DNA of 64,000 nucleotides from a virus, in the IMG/VR virus record IMGVR_UViG_3300045243_000070, positions 8,982 through 72,981 of that record. The stretch is one strand, 5' to 3'. Below the pieces are notes generated by a model. It was not told the DNA's origin and did no database searches. It saw only the letters and a program-made list of their open reading frames with translations. Each line of letters begins with the position of its first letter. Within the stretch, counting starts at the first letter, position 1. The position numbers and the translations under genes were made by a program. Below, in pieces: positions 8,352 to 15,942 of the stretch.

Positions 8352-8515
8352 GCGTTTAAAAACATTTATTTAATTTATTTTAGAGGTAGGCTGGAAGGGG
8401 TAGCCTTTGAGCATTTACACGTTTTAAAAGGGGTCAATTTTGCATTCTTTGGGGGTTTATTTCGCCCCTGTAGACTCCACACATAGGGCCAATAAAGGCC
8501 TCGTAAAGAGGATTA

Positions 8516-8550
8516 AAAAAAAGGCCCATTCTGTGTAAGAATGAGCCTTT
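8516..8550 (-). terminator. intrinsic terminator after ardC
   Basis: AAAGGCTCATTCT-loop-AGAATGGGCCTTTTTTT. Confidence 0.8.
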
Positions 8551-8565
8551 TAAATCGACTAGGTT

Positions 8566-9435
8566 TTAAACTGGTACGGCTCCCCCTTCTGGAACAGGGG
8601 TTTTTATTTCCCCTGCCGATTGTAACAGCATGTTAACCGCTTTTTGGGCTTGTGAGCAAGCCTTGTAAAGCGTGTCCTCCTTTTCCTTCATCCCTTTGCA
8701 CCATGACGTTATATAGGCCGTGTGTTGCGTGTCATAGTGAAAGCCCACATAAGCGGACAGGAAAGCCCCTCCCATTTCCGCAACTAATTCTTCAAAAGGC
8801 CTTTCCGCTTTATAATCAGTAAAGCTAGGACGGTTTAAACGCTCTTTCGCCCCTGTCCAGTGAATCAATTCATGAAAAACTGTTGAATAATAACCTTCAT
8901 CAGTTTTCCACAACGATTTTTTTGGCACTTCAATGTGAGAGGCATCATTTTTACAAAAAGCAGGGGTTTGTGTAGTTGCGCCATTTTCGATGATCTTAGC
9001 CCCTGATAAGAGGATAATTTTATCCCCTAACACGTTTGGTTTTAATTCCCTTTTGACAATTTCATGGGGTTTCAAACCGTCTACTTGGTCAAGGGAGAAA
9101 ACTACCGAAGTTTTCATGAGGGGAAATTTTTCCTTTTTCCCGTCTTTCATTCTTTCCAACATTTGGAAATAAGAAACACAAAAACCCTTAGCCCCCTTTT
9201 TAACCTGCCCCCCTGCCTCGGTTGCTTGTTTGTAGGTTACGAATTGCCCTGTAGTTAATCCGCTACCCTGCAAACCATAAGCAAGGCCTATCACGTTCAT
9301 TCCCTGATAAGGCCTTTTGCTTTTCCAATTCATAACCTGCTGGTAAAACCAAGGCATTTCCCAAGGCAAAGACCCTTTTTCCATGTCTTTTAAAACCTTG
9401 TCCGCTAATTCCTGCATTTTCGGTGTTAATCTCAT
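8566..9435 (-). CDS. ardC: ArdC-family anti-restriction ssDNA-binding protein with zincin (MPTase) domain
   Basis: LPWEMPW, RPYQGMN, TYKQA..AGGQVKKG (ArdC N-domain); YYSTVFHELIHWTG and FEELVAE zincin motifs. Confidence 0.9.
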   Translation of the reverse strand: MRLTPKMQELADKVLKDMEKGSLPWEMPWFYQQVMNWKSKRPYQGMNVIGLAYGLQGSGLTTGQFVTYKQATEAGGQVKKGAKGFCVSYFQMLERMKDGKKEKFPLMKTSVVFSLDQVDGLKPHEIVKRELKPNVLGDKIILLSGAKIIENGATTQTPAFCKNDASHIEVPKKSLWKTDEGYYSTVFHELIHWTGAKERLNRPSFTDYKAERPFEELVAEMGGAFLSAYVGFHYDTQHTAYITSWCKGMKEKEDTLYKACSQAQKAVNMLLQSAGEIKTPVPEGGAVPV

Positions 9436-9447
9436 AACCTGCCCCCT

Positions 9448-9516
9448 TTAAAATTTTTCAAAAGCTAACAGCCCAACACCAAACAACAAAACCACTATAA
9501 CAAAAACAATTTCCAC
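9448..9516 (-). CDS. 22-aa hydrophobic micropeptide
   Basis: GTG start after AAGGGGGC RBS; MEIVFVIVVLLFGVGLLAFEKF. Confidence 0.5.
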   Translation of the reverse strand: MEIVFVIVVLLFGVGLLAFEKF

Positions 9517-9517
9517 G

Positions 9518-9691
9518 TCAAGCCCCCTTTTCTAATTGTTTAATAATACCGTTTTCAACGGCTTTCACTACCCTTTCACCTATGACACGTCTTTCGGCTT
9601 GAAAGGCTCGTAAAACCTCAATAGGTAAAGGGCTCTTTTCATTCTTGACCCTTTTGACTCTCATTTTTAACAGCTCTTGAAATACGCTCAT
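9518..9691 (-). CDS. 57-aa basic hypothetical protein
   Basis: AAGGGGGC RBS directly below the promoter at 9726-9753. Confidence 0.6.
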   Translation of the reverse strand: MSVFQELLKMRVKRVKNEKSPLPIEVLRAFQAERRVIGERVVKAVENGIIKQLEKGA

Positions 9692-9725
9692 AAAGCCCCC
9701 TTCAAAACTTATTCCCTACACTTCA

Positions 9726-9753
9726 ATTTTATCAAGCCCTAAAAGATTGTCAA
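9726..9753 (-). promoter_or_regulatory. sigma70-type early promoter
   Basis: TTGACA-16-TAAAAT with extended TG. Confidence 0.7.
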
Positions 9754-9995
9754 CAAAAAAATTAAATTATTTTAGGGCTTTAAATATAGGCCTTTTAAAA
9801 TATAAGGGTTTTTAGCCTATTTCCCCCATTCTTGCATTTAAAGGCCTATTCCTTGAACGATTATTTATTTAAGCCCCTATCGTATTAAGGCTTAGAGTTT
9901 TAAACATACTATTTTTCAATTTCAGACTAAAAACTTTTGATTAAATTTTTTAGCTTGACAATTTCAAAAAACTCTGAAGGGCTTTTTACCTCTAT

Positions 9996-10029
9996 CCTAC
10001 AATTTTGTCTGATTCTACAAAACTGTAGA
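9996..10029. repeat. paired 16-bp palindrome, copy 2
   Basis: CCTACA-ATTT-TGTCTG + AT + TCTACA-AAAC-TGTAGA. Confidence 0.75.
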
Positions 10030-10314
10030 CTATTCGGCGGATGACCTGCTTTTGCATTCTTTGGGCCTTTCCTTTGATCGAACACCTTTCCCTTATCATC
10101 TATCGTTAGTCCTCATTGTCACTTAAATTAGCCCCTATTATATGCAAACATTTTAGGTGCCTTAAAACGCCATATATTGCAAAAAATAAAACAAAATAAT
10201 TCGCTCAATTATCTTTTGTATGCCATTGACAGGCCCTAATTTTGATTCTAAGGCCCTTTACTTGAACGATTATTTTTATAGGCTATTAAAACAAGCAAGC
10301 CCAAACCCCTATAA

Positions 10315-10354
10315 AAACAAAAAGCCCCATACTACCCGAGGGGTAGCAGGGGCT
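10315..10354 (-). terminator. intrinsic terminator
   Basis: AGCCCCTGCTACCC-loop-GGGTAGTATGGGGCTTTTT. Confidence 0.7.
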
Positions 10355-10382
10355 AGGCCTATACTAGGGGTAGTGTAGGGTT

Positions 10383-10583
10383 TTAGGAGTATTTAACGTT
10401 AATCATCATATTATGGAAACCCAGCAAAGCCCTTTTAAAATTGTCATAAAGATAGGACTGCTCAATTTCCCCCTTCCGGTTGACTACTTCAACCCAATAT
10501 CCCCTAGTCCTGTCAGGGTTGAGAATTTTAGTATAGGTAATAGCCTTATTCCTGATAACCGCCTCCCTATAGGCTAGGACCAT
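10383..10583 (-). CDS. hypothetical early protein
   Basis: 66-aa ORF between promoter and terminator. Confidence 0.65.
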   Translation of the reverse strand: MVLAYREAVIRNKAITYTKILNPDRTRGYWVEVVNRKGEIEQSYLYDNFKRALLGFHNMMINVKYS

Positions 10584-10584
10584 A

Positions 10585-10659
10585 TCACACCACCATCAAG
10601 AGAACGATATACAACCCGGCCACTACAAACCCCGCCTTGACTCCTAGTGATACCCTCAT
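10585..10659 (-). CDS. 24-aa hydrophobic micropeptide
   Basis: AAGGGGG RBS; MRVSLGVKAGFVVAGLYIVLLMVV; first ORF after the promoter at 10698-10725. Confidence 0.55.
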   Translation of the reverse strand: MRVSLGVKAGFVVAGLYIVLLMVV

Positions 10660-10697
10660 GTGCATCCCCCTTGGTGTGTCTTACTGCCTACATAGAG

Positions 10698-10790
10698 ATA
10701 ATAACATAAGGGTTTTTATTGTCAACAATAAAAATAAAATAAATTAATAAATATTTATATAGTTGACAATTCTAGGGGATATGGTAGTAT
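10698..10790. promoter_or_regulatory. divergent sigma70 promoter pair around an AT-rich spacer
   Basis: minus strand TTGACA-16-TATTAT (10698-10725); plus strand TTGACA-16-TAGTAT (10763-10790). Confidence 0.75.
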
Positions 10791-10834
10791 ATGGGCAGGG
10801 GGAAACTATGCGATTATAAAGGGAATATTAAACA

Positions 10835-10868
10835 TCTACAATTTTGTAGAACTATACCAAAATGTTTG
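10835..10868. repeat. paired 16-bp palindrome, copy 3
   Basis: TCTACA-ATTT-TGTAGA + AC + degenerate TATACC-AAAA-TGTTTG. Confidence 0.7.
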
Positions 10869-11033
10869 GGTCCCATCGGTCCTAGACAAGGTGGAGCACG
10901 AAGCCTTCGAGGAGGTGCGGAATCTTATGGATGTTATAAGAATGATGAAGAGAAGGAAAGCACAGAAAAAGGAGTCCCTTTTGGGTCCTACTTCTGGGGC
11001 TCCCTTAAAATTTTAAAAATGCATCATATTTTC

Positions 11034-11062
11034 TTGACATAGGGACTCCAGCGTGGTATACT
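11034..11062 (+). promoter_or_regulatory. sigma70-type promoter for the HNH gene
   Basis: TTGACA-17-TATACT with extended TG; GAGGAG RBS follows. Confidence 0.8.
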
Positions 11063-11089
11063 TACAGTAATACTTACCGAGGAGTTTGT

Positions 11090-11554
11090 ATGAGAGAGAT
11101 AAAGCTGACCCAGGGAGAAGTGGCCCTGATTGATGATATTGATTTTGAATTAGTCAGTGGATATAAGTGGCACTGTTATAAAGGGGCCTACACAAAATAT
11201 GCAATTTCTGGGTGTAGAAAAAATAAAGTTTATATGCACAGGTTAGTGGCAGGCGCTACTGACCCTAAAACAGACGTTGACCATAAAAATTCGGACGGCT
11301 TGTGCAATTTAAGGTCTAATCTAAGAATAATTACTCATCAACAAAATACATTTAATAAAAGGCTGTCTAAGTCAAATACTTCGGGATTTAAGGGGGTGTG
11401 TTTTGATAAGGAGAAAGGAAAGTGGAAATCTAAAATTAAATTGAATGGAGTAGACATTCATATTGGTTATTTTAAAGATAAAGAGGATGCTGCAAAAGCC
11501 TACGATTTAAAAGCGAAAGAATTGTTCGGGGAGTTTGCAAGAACTAATTTTTAA
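11090..11554 (+). CDS. HNH-AP2 homing endonuclease
   Basis: YMHRLV...VDHKNSDGLCNLRSNLR; NTSGFKGV...IGYF...AAKAYD (AP2). Confidence 0.9.
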   Translation: MREIKLTQGEVALIDDIDFELVSGYKWHCYKGAYTKYAISGCRKNKVYMHRLVAGATDPKTDVDHKNSDGLCNLRSNLRIITHQQNTFNKRLSKSNTSGFKGVCFDKEKGKWKSKIKLNGVDIHIGYFKDKEDAAKAYDLKAKELFGEFARTNF

Positions 11555-11690
11555 GCTATTCTCCTGGCTTACAATTATCTAGGAATTTACCTAGAACGTA
11601 ACCCATATCGTCAGGTATATATTCCGCCGAGGAACTGTCCGATAAATCCGTGCTGTCGACTAACCCATAGGGTTCGTTTAAGGAGTTGTC

Positions 11691-12182
11691 TTGAAATATA
11701 TTATTACTTCCAACGGGGATCGGGTCCTTGTCAGCGACCGGGACTACCCCAAGGTTGTCAATCTCTGCTGGTCCACACTCAAGTCCAAGAACCATGGCCT
11801 TAAATACGCTAGGCGTACATTCCCCGGTGGACGCCACGTCTTCATGCACCGGTTTATACTCAACGTCGGTCCTGGGGTAACCATTGATCATAGAAACCGA
11901 AATGGTATTGATAATCGTCGCTCCAATCTGCGTCGGTGTAGCCACTCTCAAAACCTCTTTAATTCAAAATTAAGAACCAATAATAAATCCGGGTTCAAGG
12001 GGGTCTCCTGGAACAAATTCCATAAAGCCTGGATGGTTAAAATCCGCTTTGAAAATAACCACATACATCTAGGCTATTTTCACAATAAAATCAAGGGTGC
12101 CATTGAATATGACCGTAATGCCAAAAGGCTTTTCGGTAAATTCGCACGGCTTAACTTTCCTCGGCGCAAGACCCCTCAATAA
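11691..12182 (+). CDS. HNH-AP2 homing endonuclease
   Basis: MHRFIL...IDHRNRNGIDNRRSNLR; NKSGFKGV...HLGYF. Confidence 0.9.
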   Translation: MKYIITSNGDRVLVSDRDYPKVVNLCWSTLKSKNHGLKYARRTFPGGRHVFMHRFILNVGPGVTIDHRNRNGIDNRRSNLRRCSHSQNLFNSKLRTNNKSGFKGVSWNKFHKAWMVKIRFENNHIHLGYFHNKIKGAIEYDRNAKRLFGKFARLNFPRRKTPQ

Positions 12183-12400
12183 ACGCCATTTACAGCACTC
12201 ATGTTTATTGTCACCGATCTTATACTATAAAGAATTTCTACCTCACCTTTGTCGTTATAAAAGACGTCATTAATTTTAAAATAACTTATTCTGTCTTGTT
12301 TCCTAAGGTTGTATAGGTAATTTTCATATATAGCCCAGTGATAATCGAGTTCGGAATATAATTCGGCGTTCAAGGTGTTCCTTTTCCACAATTCCAGCAT
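12176..12400 (-). CDS. hypothetical protein
   Basis: ORF at the end of the long minus-strand run. Confidence 0.5.
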   Translation of the reverse strand: MLELWKRNTLNAELYSELDYHWAIYENYLYNLRKQDRISYFKINDVFYNDKGEVEILYSIRSVTINMSAVNGVY

Positions 12401-12531
12401 TTCTTATGTTTACCCTTATTTTTATAGTGACAGCCCCAGCACATCCAACCCGCACCCAAGAATATCTTGGCTAATATTCCGGCATTACGGCTTATAAGCT
12501 TTTGTTTTTTAGTGGCTTGCCTTATTCCCAC

Positions 12532-12786
12532 TTAAGTGGTCCTCTTTTCTTGCAGGAATTTATAATATTCTGCCCTCTCAACTGCTTGTTCCGCTAAGCC
12601 CCCCAAATCAATACAGCAGGCAGCTAATTTTGAAGCTAAGGCCCACTCTTTTTTACCGGCTGTTTCCCTAAGAAAGTCCCAAGATAGCCCATAGGACGCA
12701 ATTATCTTATCCTCGGGGCCGTTGGGGTATTTAAGGGCCATTAATCGCTTTTCAAGTTCGTTGTCGTCTGAAGGTTCGGCGGTCAA
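12532..12786 (-). CDS. hypothetical protein
   Basis: overlapping start/stop with the neighbouring ORF. Confidence 0.6.
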   Translation of the reverse strand: MTAEPSDDNELEKRLMALKYPNGPEDKIIASYGLSWDFLRETAGKKEWALASKLAACCIDLGGLAEQAVERAEYYKFLQEKRTT

Positions 12787-13103
12787 GATGGCCTCTTTTT
12801 TTCGAATATTCCCATCCCATCAATTCGGGCTTTTAATTCTTCGTTTGTTTCCCCAGGGAGGCGGGTAATGTCGAACACCTCAGCGCCAGGACGGTCAAAT
12901 AAATACCATTCCAATAATTTCTGGTCTTCAGCGTTCACTGAATTCCCTCTTTCGTGGTTCCCATAAGCTCCAAAATGGGTTCGGGCAATAATAGCCGGGT
13001 CCAAGGGGAGCGTATTCCAGGTATTTCGAGTGCAGGTGGCTGGATTTAACCAGCTTGCAGACCCGGCAAGTTAAAGAGCGTTTTCTTTTAATAATTTTCG
13101 GCT

Positions 13104-13508
13104 TCAAGAGAGCCTCTTTTCCGTGAATATTCCACCCGTCAGGCTGTCTTCCTGAATTGTTCCCCGGCAAAACCAGGAAACTCCATTTTTATTAAGTGGA
13201 TTTCCAATTAATAAATGATTTCTTTTTAATCTCCCGCAAAGGGCGCAGGTAAAATCCCTGGTTAAGCTCTCATTCAGGGCATTTAATAAATAATCTGCCT
13301 GAAATACCGATAAATGGCCCACAATAAAATTCCCAGAGTCAGCTACAACCCAGGCTGTCTTGCTCCTGCACTTGCCGGGGGCGTATTTTCTCCCGCTCTT
13401 TTTATGTCTGGCCTCACGAACAGCCATTTCAGCTGGCGTAAGGGGAATAAAATGCTCGTCACTCCGGTATTTCCTGAACGGAGGCTTGAATAATGGGTTA
13501 AATGGCAC
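13104..13508 (-). CDS. hypothetical protein with a CxxC..H Zn motif
   Basis: CALCGRLKRNH...WFC. Confidence 0.6.
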   Translation of the reverse strand: MPFNPLFKPPFRKYRSDEHFIPLTPAEMAVREARHKKSGRKYAPGKCRSKTAWVVADSGNFIVGHLSVFQADYLLNALNESLTRDFTCALCGRLKRNHLLIGNPLNKNGVSWFCRGTIQEDSLTGGIFTEKRLS

Positions 13509-13959
13509 TCAATTCCCTTTTATTTATTTTTTGGAGCTGGGCTTTCAAGGTGGCCTCAAAATATGCCTTGGTTATTCCCACCCATTCTTTTTCGCTGCCC
13601 TCAGACCTATTTAATTGGTCTATCCCAAAAGAGGAATTGAAGGTGATGCTGAAATAATCCTGGGCCGGGGTTATGTCACCTTCCTGTTTTTGGAATATGG
13701 TGCATTCCAAGACGCCTTCACATCTGGCCCCGGTGATGTGGACCCAGCGCCTGCCCTGGGAGTCCCGATAATACTTCCCAAGGTAGCTTTTTTCGAGAAC
13801 CTTCTTGGCCTGGACATCGGCAATATTGCAGAACTTGTACATTTCACTGTAAAGCTTCTGGTTGGACTTGTAGTCCTTCAGGTATTTCTTCCGAATAGCC
13901 TTATATTTCGTGGCATCTTCCGGTGATAGGTATTTTAAAGGCACTTTGTCAATTTGCAT
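13498..13959 (-). CDS. hypothetical protein (likely start MQIDKV)
   Basis: ORF track; ATG overlapping the end of the MmcB-like gene. Confidence 0.55.
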   Translation of the reverse strand: MQIDKVPLKYLSPEDATKYKAIRKKYLKDYKSNQKLYSEMYKFCNIADVQAKKVLEKSYLGKYYRDSQGRRWVHITGARCEGVLECTIFQKQEGDITPAQDYFSITFNSSFGIDQLNRSEGSEKEWVGITKAYFEATLKAQLQKINKRELSAI

Positions 13960-14437
13960 TGCTTTCCTTCTTTCTGCCCATTTCGTTTTTAAGCCCGATC
14001 TCTGTACGGTAGAAGCTACGAGCCATTTGACCCACAATCGCCCACGTAGGACGAACCTTGTCCCTAAATTCGGCCTGTAGGGTACGTTCTGTCCACAGTC
14101 CAATAGGCCCTTGAGTCACTTCGATCAATCCACACAGGTGTGGTATCTCCTCAGGCTTAATAATGCCTTTTGGGGCCACAAACCAGAACTGGTTACTTAT
14201 TGCCATCGCCATGCGCCTCTTAAGTGGCTTTTTCAGCTCTGAAAGCCAGTCCGCTCTGGACACCTTCACCTCGTAAGAGTGGGCAATCAGGCCATCAGCT
14301 GTAGAACAACTCAAAGCCCACAGGTCAATCTTTCTACCCTCACCCTTATACCCTACACTTCTCATTTCAGTAACGCAAGCCCAGTGAGATGCTGGGTGAA
14401 GTGATTTCAAAGCTCTGATTATTTCTTGAGAAGTCAC
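13949..14437 (-). CDS. MmcB-like PD-(D/E)XK nuclease
   Basis: IDLWAL...YEVKVSRADWLSELKKP...NQFWFVAPKGII.PEEIP..CGLI. Confidence 0.8.
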   Translation of the reverse strand: MTSQEIIRALKSLHPASHWACVTEMRSVGYKGEGRKIDLWALSCSTADGLIAHSYEVKVSRADWLSELKKPLKRRMAMAISNQFWFVAPKGIIKPEEIPHLCGLIEVTQGPIGLWTERTLQAEFRDKVRPTWAIVGQMARSFYRTEIGLKNEMGRKKESNAN

Positions 14438-14451
14438 TCTTGCTGGTTCCT

Positions 14452-14820
14452 TTAAAATCTAGCGGTTACGGATAATTTCTTCCCATCAAATTCTGGGAAC
14501 AACACATCTAGTCCGAGACACACGGATAAAGAGCATCCGGCGCTCAGAGCGAACCTGCCGAGATTAGGTGGGCCATCTAGCCAAGTGAACATTTCAGGTA
14601 AACATCCACCAGCCACGATTACGATTCTCATAGCGTCTGGCTTTATAGCGTTTTCGTTTAAGGTTCCATTGGATTTACCATCCCTATAAACTATGAGATA
14701 AGCTCCATAGCCTACAAGAGAAAACCCAGTGGCTGCTTTAAGACTCATTGGGATTTCATCGGCCTTTAAATAGGTAGGGGACAGAAGTAGGATTAAAGCC
14801 AGCAGAACCTTTTTAATCAT
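14452..14820 (-). CDS. secreted or membrane hypothetical protein
   Basis: signal-peptide-like N-terminus, hydrophobic segments. Confidence 0.6.
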   Translation of the reverse strand: MIKKVLLALILLLSPTYLKADEIPMSLKAATGFSLVGYGAYLIVYRDGKSNGTLNENAIKPDAMRIVIVAGGCLPEMFTWLDGPPNLGRFALSAGCSLSVCLGLDVLFPEFDGKKLSVTARF

Positions 14821-15230
14821 TTTGATTCCTCAGTGGCCCAGATGAGATAGAACCAATCCTCATCACCCATGACAATTTTTATGTCTTTGGCGCTACACGA
14901 GATTTCATTTAACCTTGACACAAGGGAAGCTTGCGTCAAAAACTTTTCGGAATGCCAGACGAGGCATAGTGCCAACATGTAAATTGAGACCCATTTCTTC
15001 ATTTTGATTTCCTCTTTCTTTTTTTATCTAAAGGTTTCCAAGCATCACTGTGAACCAATCTCGACCCTGGAAAATACAGCGGTAATTTTCCATAAGCCTT
15101 TTCGTACCTATACTGAAAAGCTTTTAGCAGAAGCCACACATCGTGTGTAACCTTTTTATTCTCAGCGAACTGAGATTGGTGATACATCGCACACATGGTT
15201 GCGAAAGCGTCACAAATAACTTTTTGTTGG

Positions 15231-15608
15231 TCAATCTTCATAAGGTTCCTCTCCACACTTACTACACATCGCATACCAATCTCCAGGGCCAGCGGGAGTA
15301 TCCGGTTCTTTTTTAGATATAATCTTCCCACCACATCCTTTGACACTACATATTATAATGTTAGGGCTGATAGTATTTAACCTAACCTCAGATATTTTTT
15401 TGCCCTTGAACCCACTCTTAGCCTGTCTACAATCTTCCCCTTTATCACAAATACAGTAATTATCTTTTGATAATTTTATAAACTCAACTTTCATAAACCC
15501 ATCCTCACATTTTTCACAGTCCGTTGGGTAATAGAAGTCATAGCTGTCATCGTCATCCCAATAATCTTCGCTCCGAAAATCATCGGACTCTCTATACCCA
15601 TCACCCAT
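15231..15608 (-). CDS. Zn-finger module protein 3 (acidic N-terminus)
   Basis: CEKCEDGFMKVEFIKLSKDNYCICDKG, plus a second C-terminal Cys cluster. Confidence 0.75.
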   Translation of the reverse strand: MGDGYRESDDFRSEDYWDDDDSYDFYYPTDCEKCEDGFMKVEFIKLSKDNYCICDKGEDCRQAKSGFKGKKISEVRLNTISPNIIICSVKGCGGKIISKKEPDTPAGPGDWYAMCSKCGEEPYED

Positions 15609-15942
15609 TCAACTTCTCCTTGAGCCTGTCTCGAAGCTTATTTCCTTCCAAGCAAGTACAGTAATTATCCTTCGATTCTTTCAAAAAGTCAAGCTTTAAA
15701 ATGCCCTCACTACACTTTACGCAAATCCCCCCAAGTCTGGCAGATAATGAATCTATGATAAAGGCTGAATGGAAAGGTTCCAACATCGTTTCCATCATTC
15801 TACGTTGAATTTCATCCCTATGTCTTGAAAACCTGTAGTATATACTTTCTTTTCCTTCCTGAGCTGCCCAGTCAATTTTTGGAAGTTCCCAATCAACAAT
15901 CCTTTGATTTGCTAAGTCGGCCCAATCGCCTTTCATACTCAT
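15601..15942 (-). CDS. Zn-finger module protein 2
   Basis: CVKCSEGILKLDFLKESKDNYCTCLEG. Confidence 0.75.
   Translation of the reverse strand: MSMKGDWADLANQRIVDWELPKIDWAAQEGKESIYYRFSRHRDEIQRRMMETMLEPFHSAFIIDSLSARLGGICVKCSEGILKLDFLKESKDNYCTCLEGNKLRDRLKEKLNG

Noticed and set aside
1644-10277. TTGCA repeats as sigma54 promoters, or TAAA...CGAT as sigma28 promoters
   Set aside because: GG-to-GC spacing is 8-9 nt rather than 10 where a GG exists; TAAA-to-GCCGAT spacing is 13 rather than 15; half the copies point against the genes.
1644-10868. CRISPR array or mini-array from the early-region repeats
   Set aside because: Copies are degenerate, hundreds to thousands of bp apart and in both orientations; there is no repeat-spacer periodicity and no cas gene.
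10791-11042. 83-aa plus-strand ORF
   Set aside because: The ATG abuts the -10 box and so precedes any TSS; the ORF spans palindromes and the next promoter.
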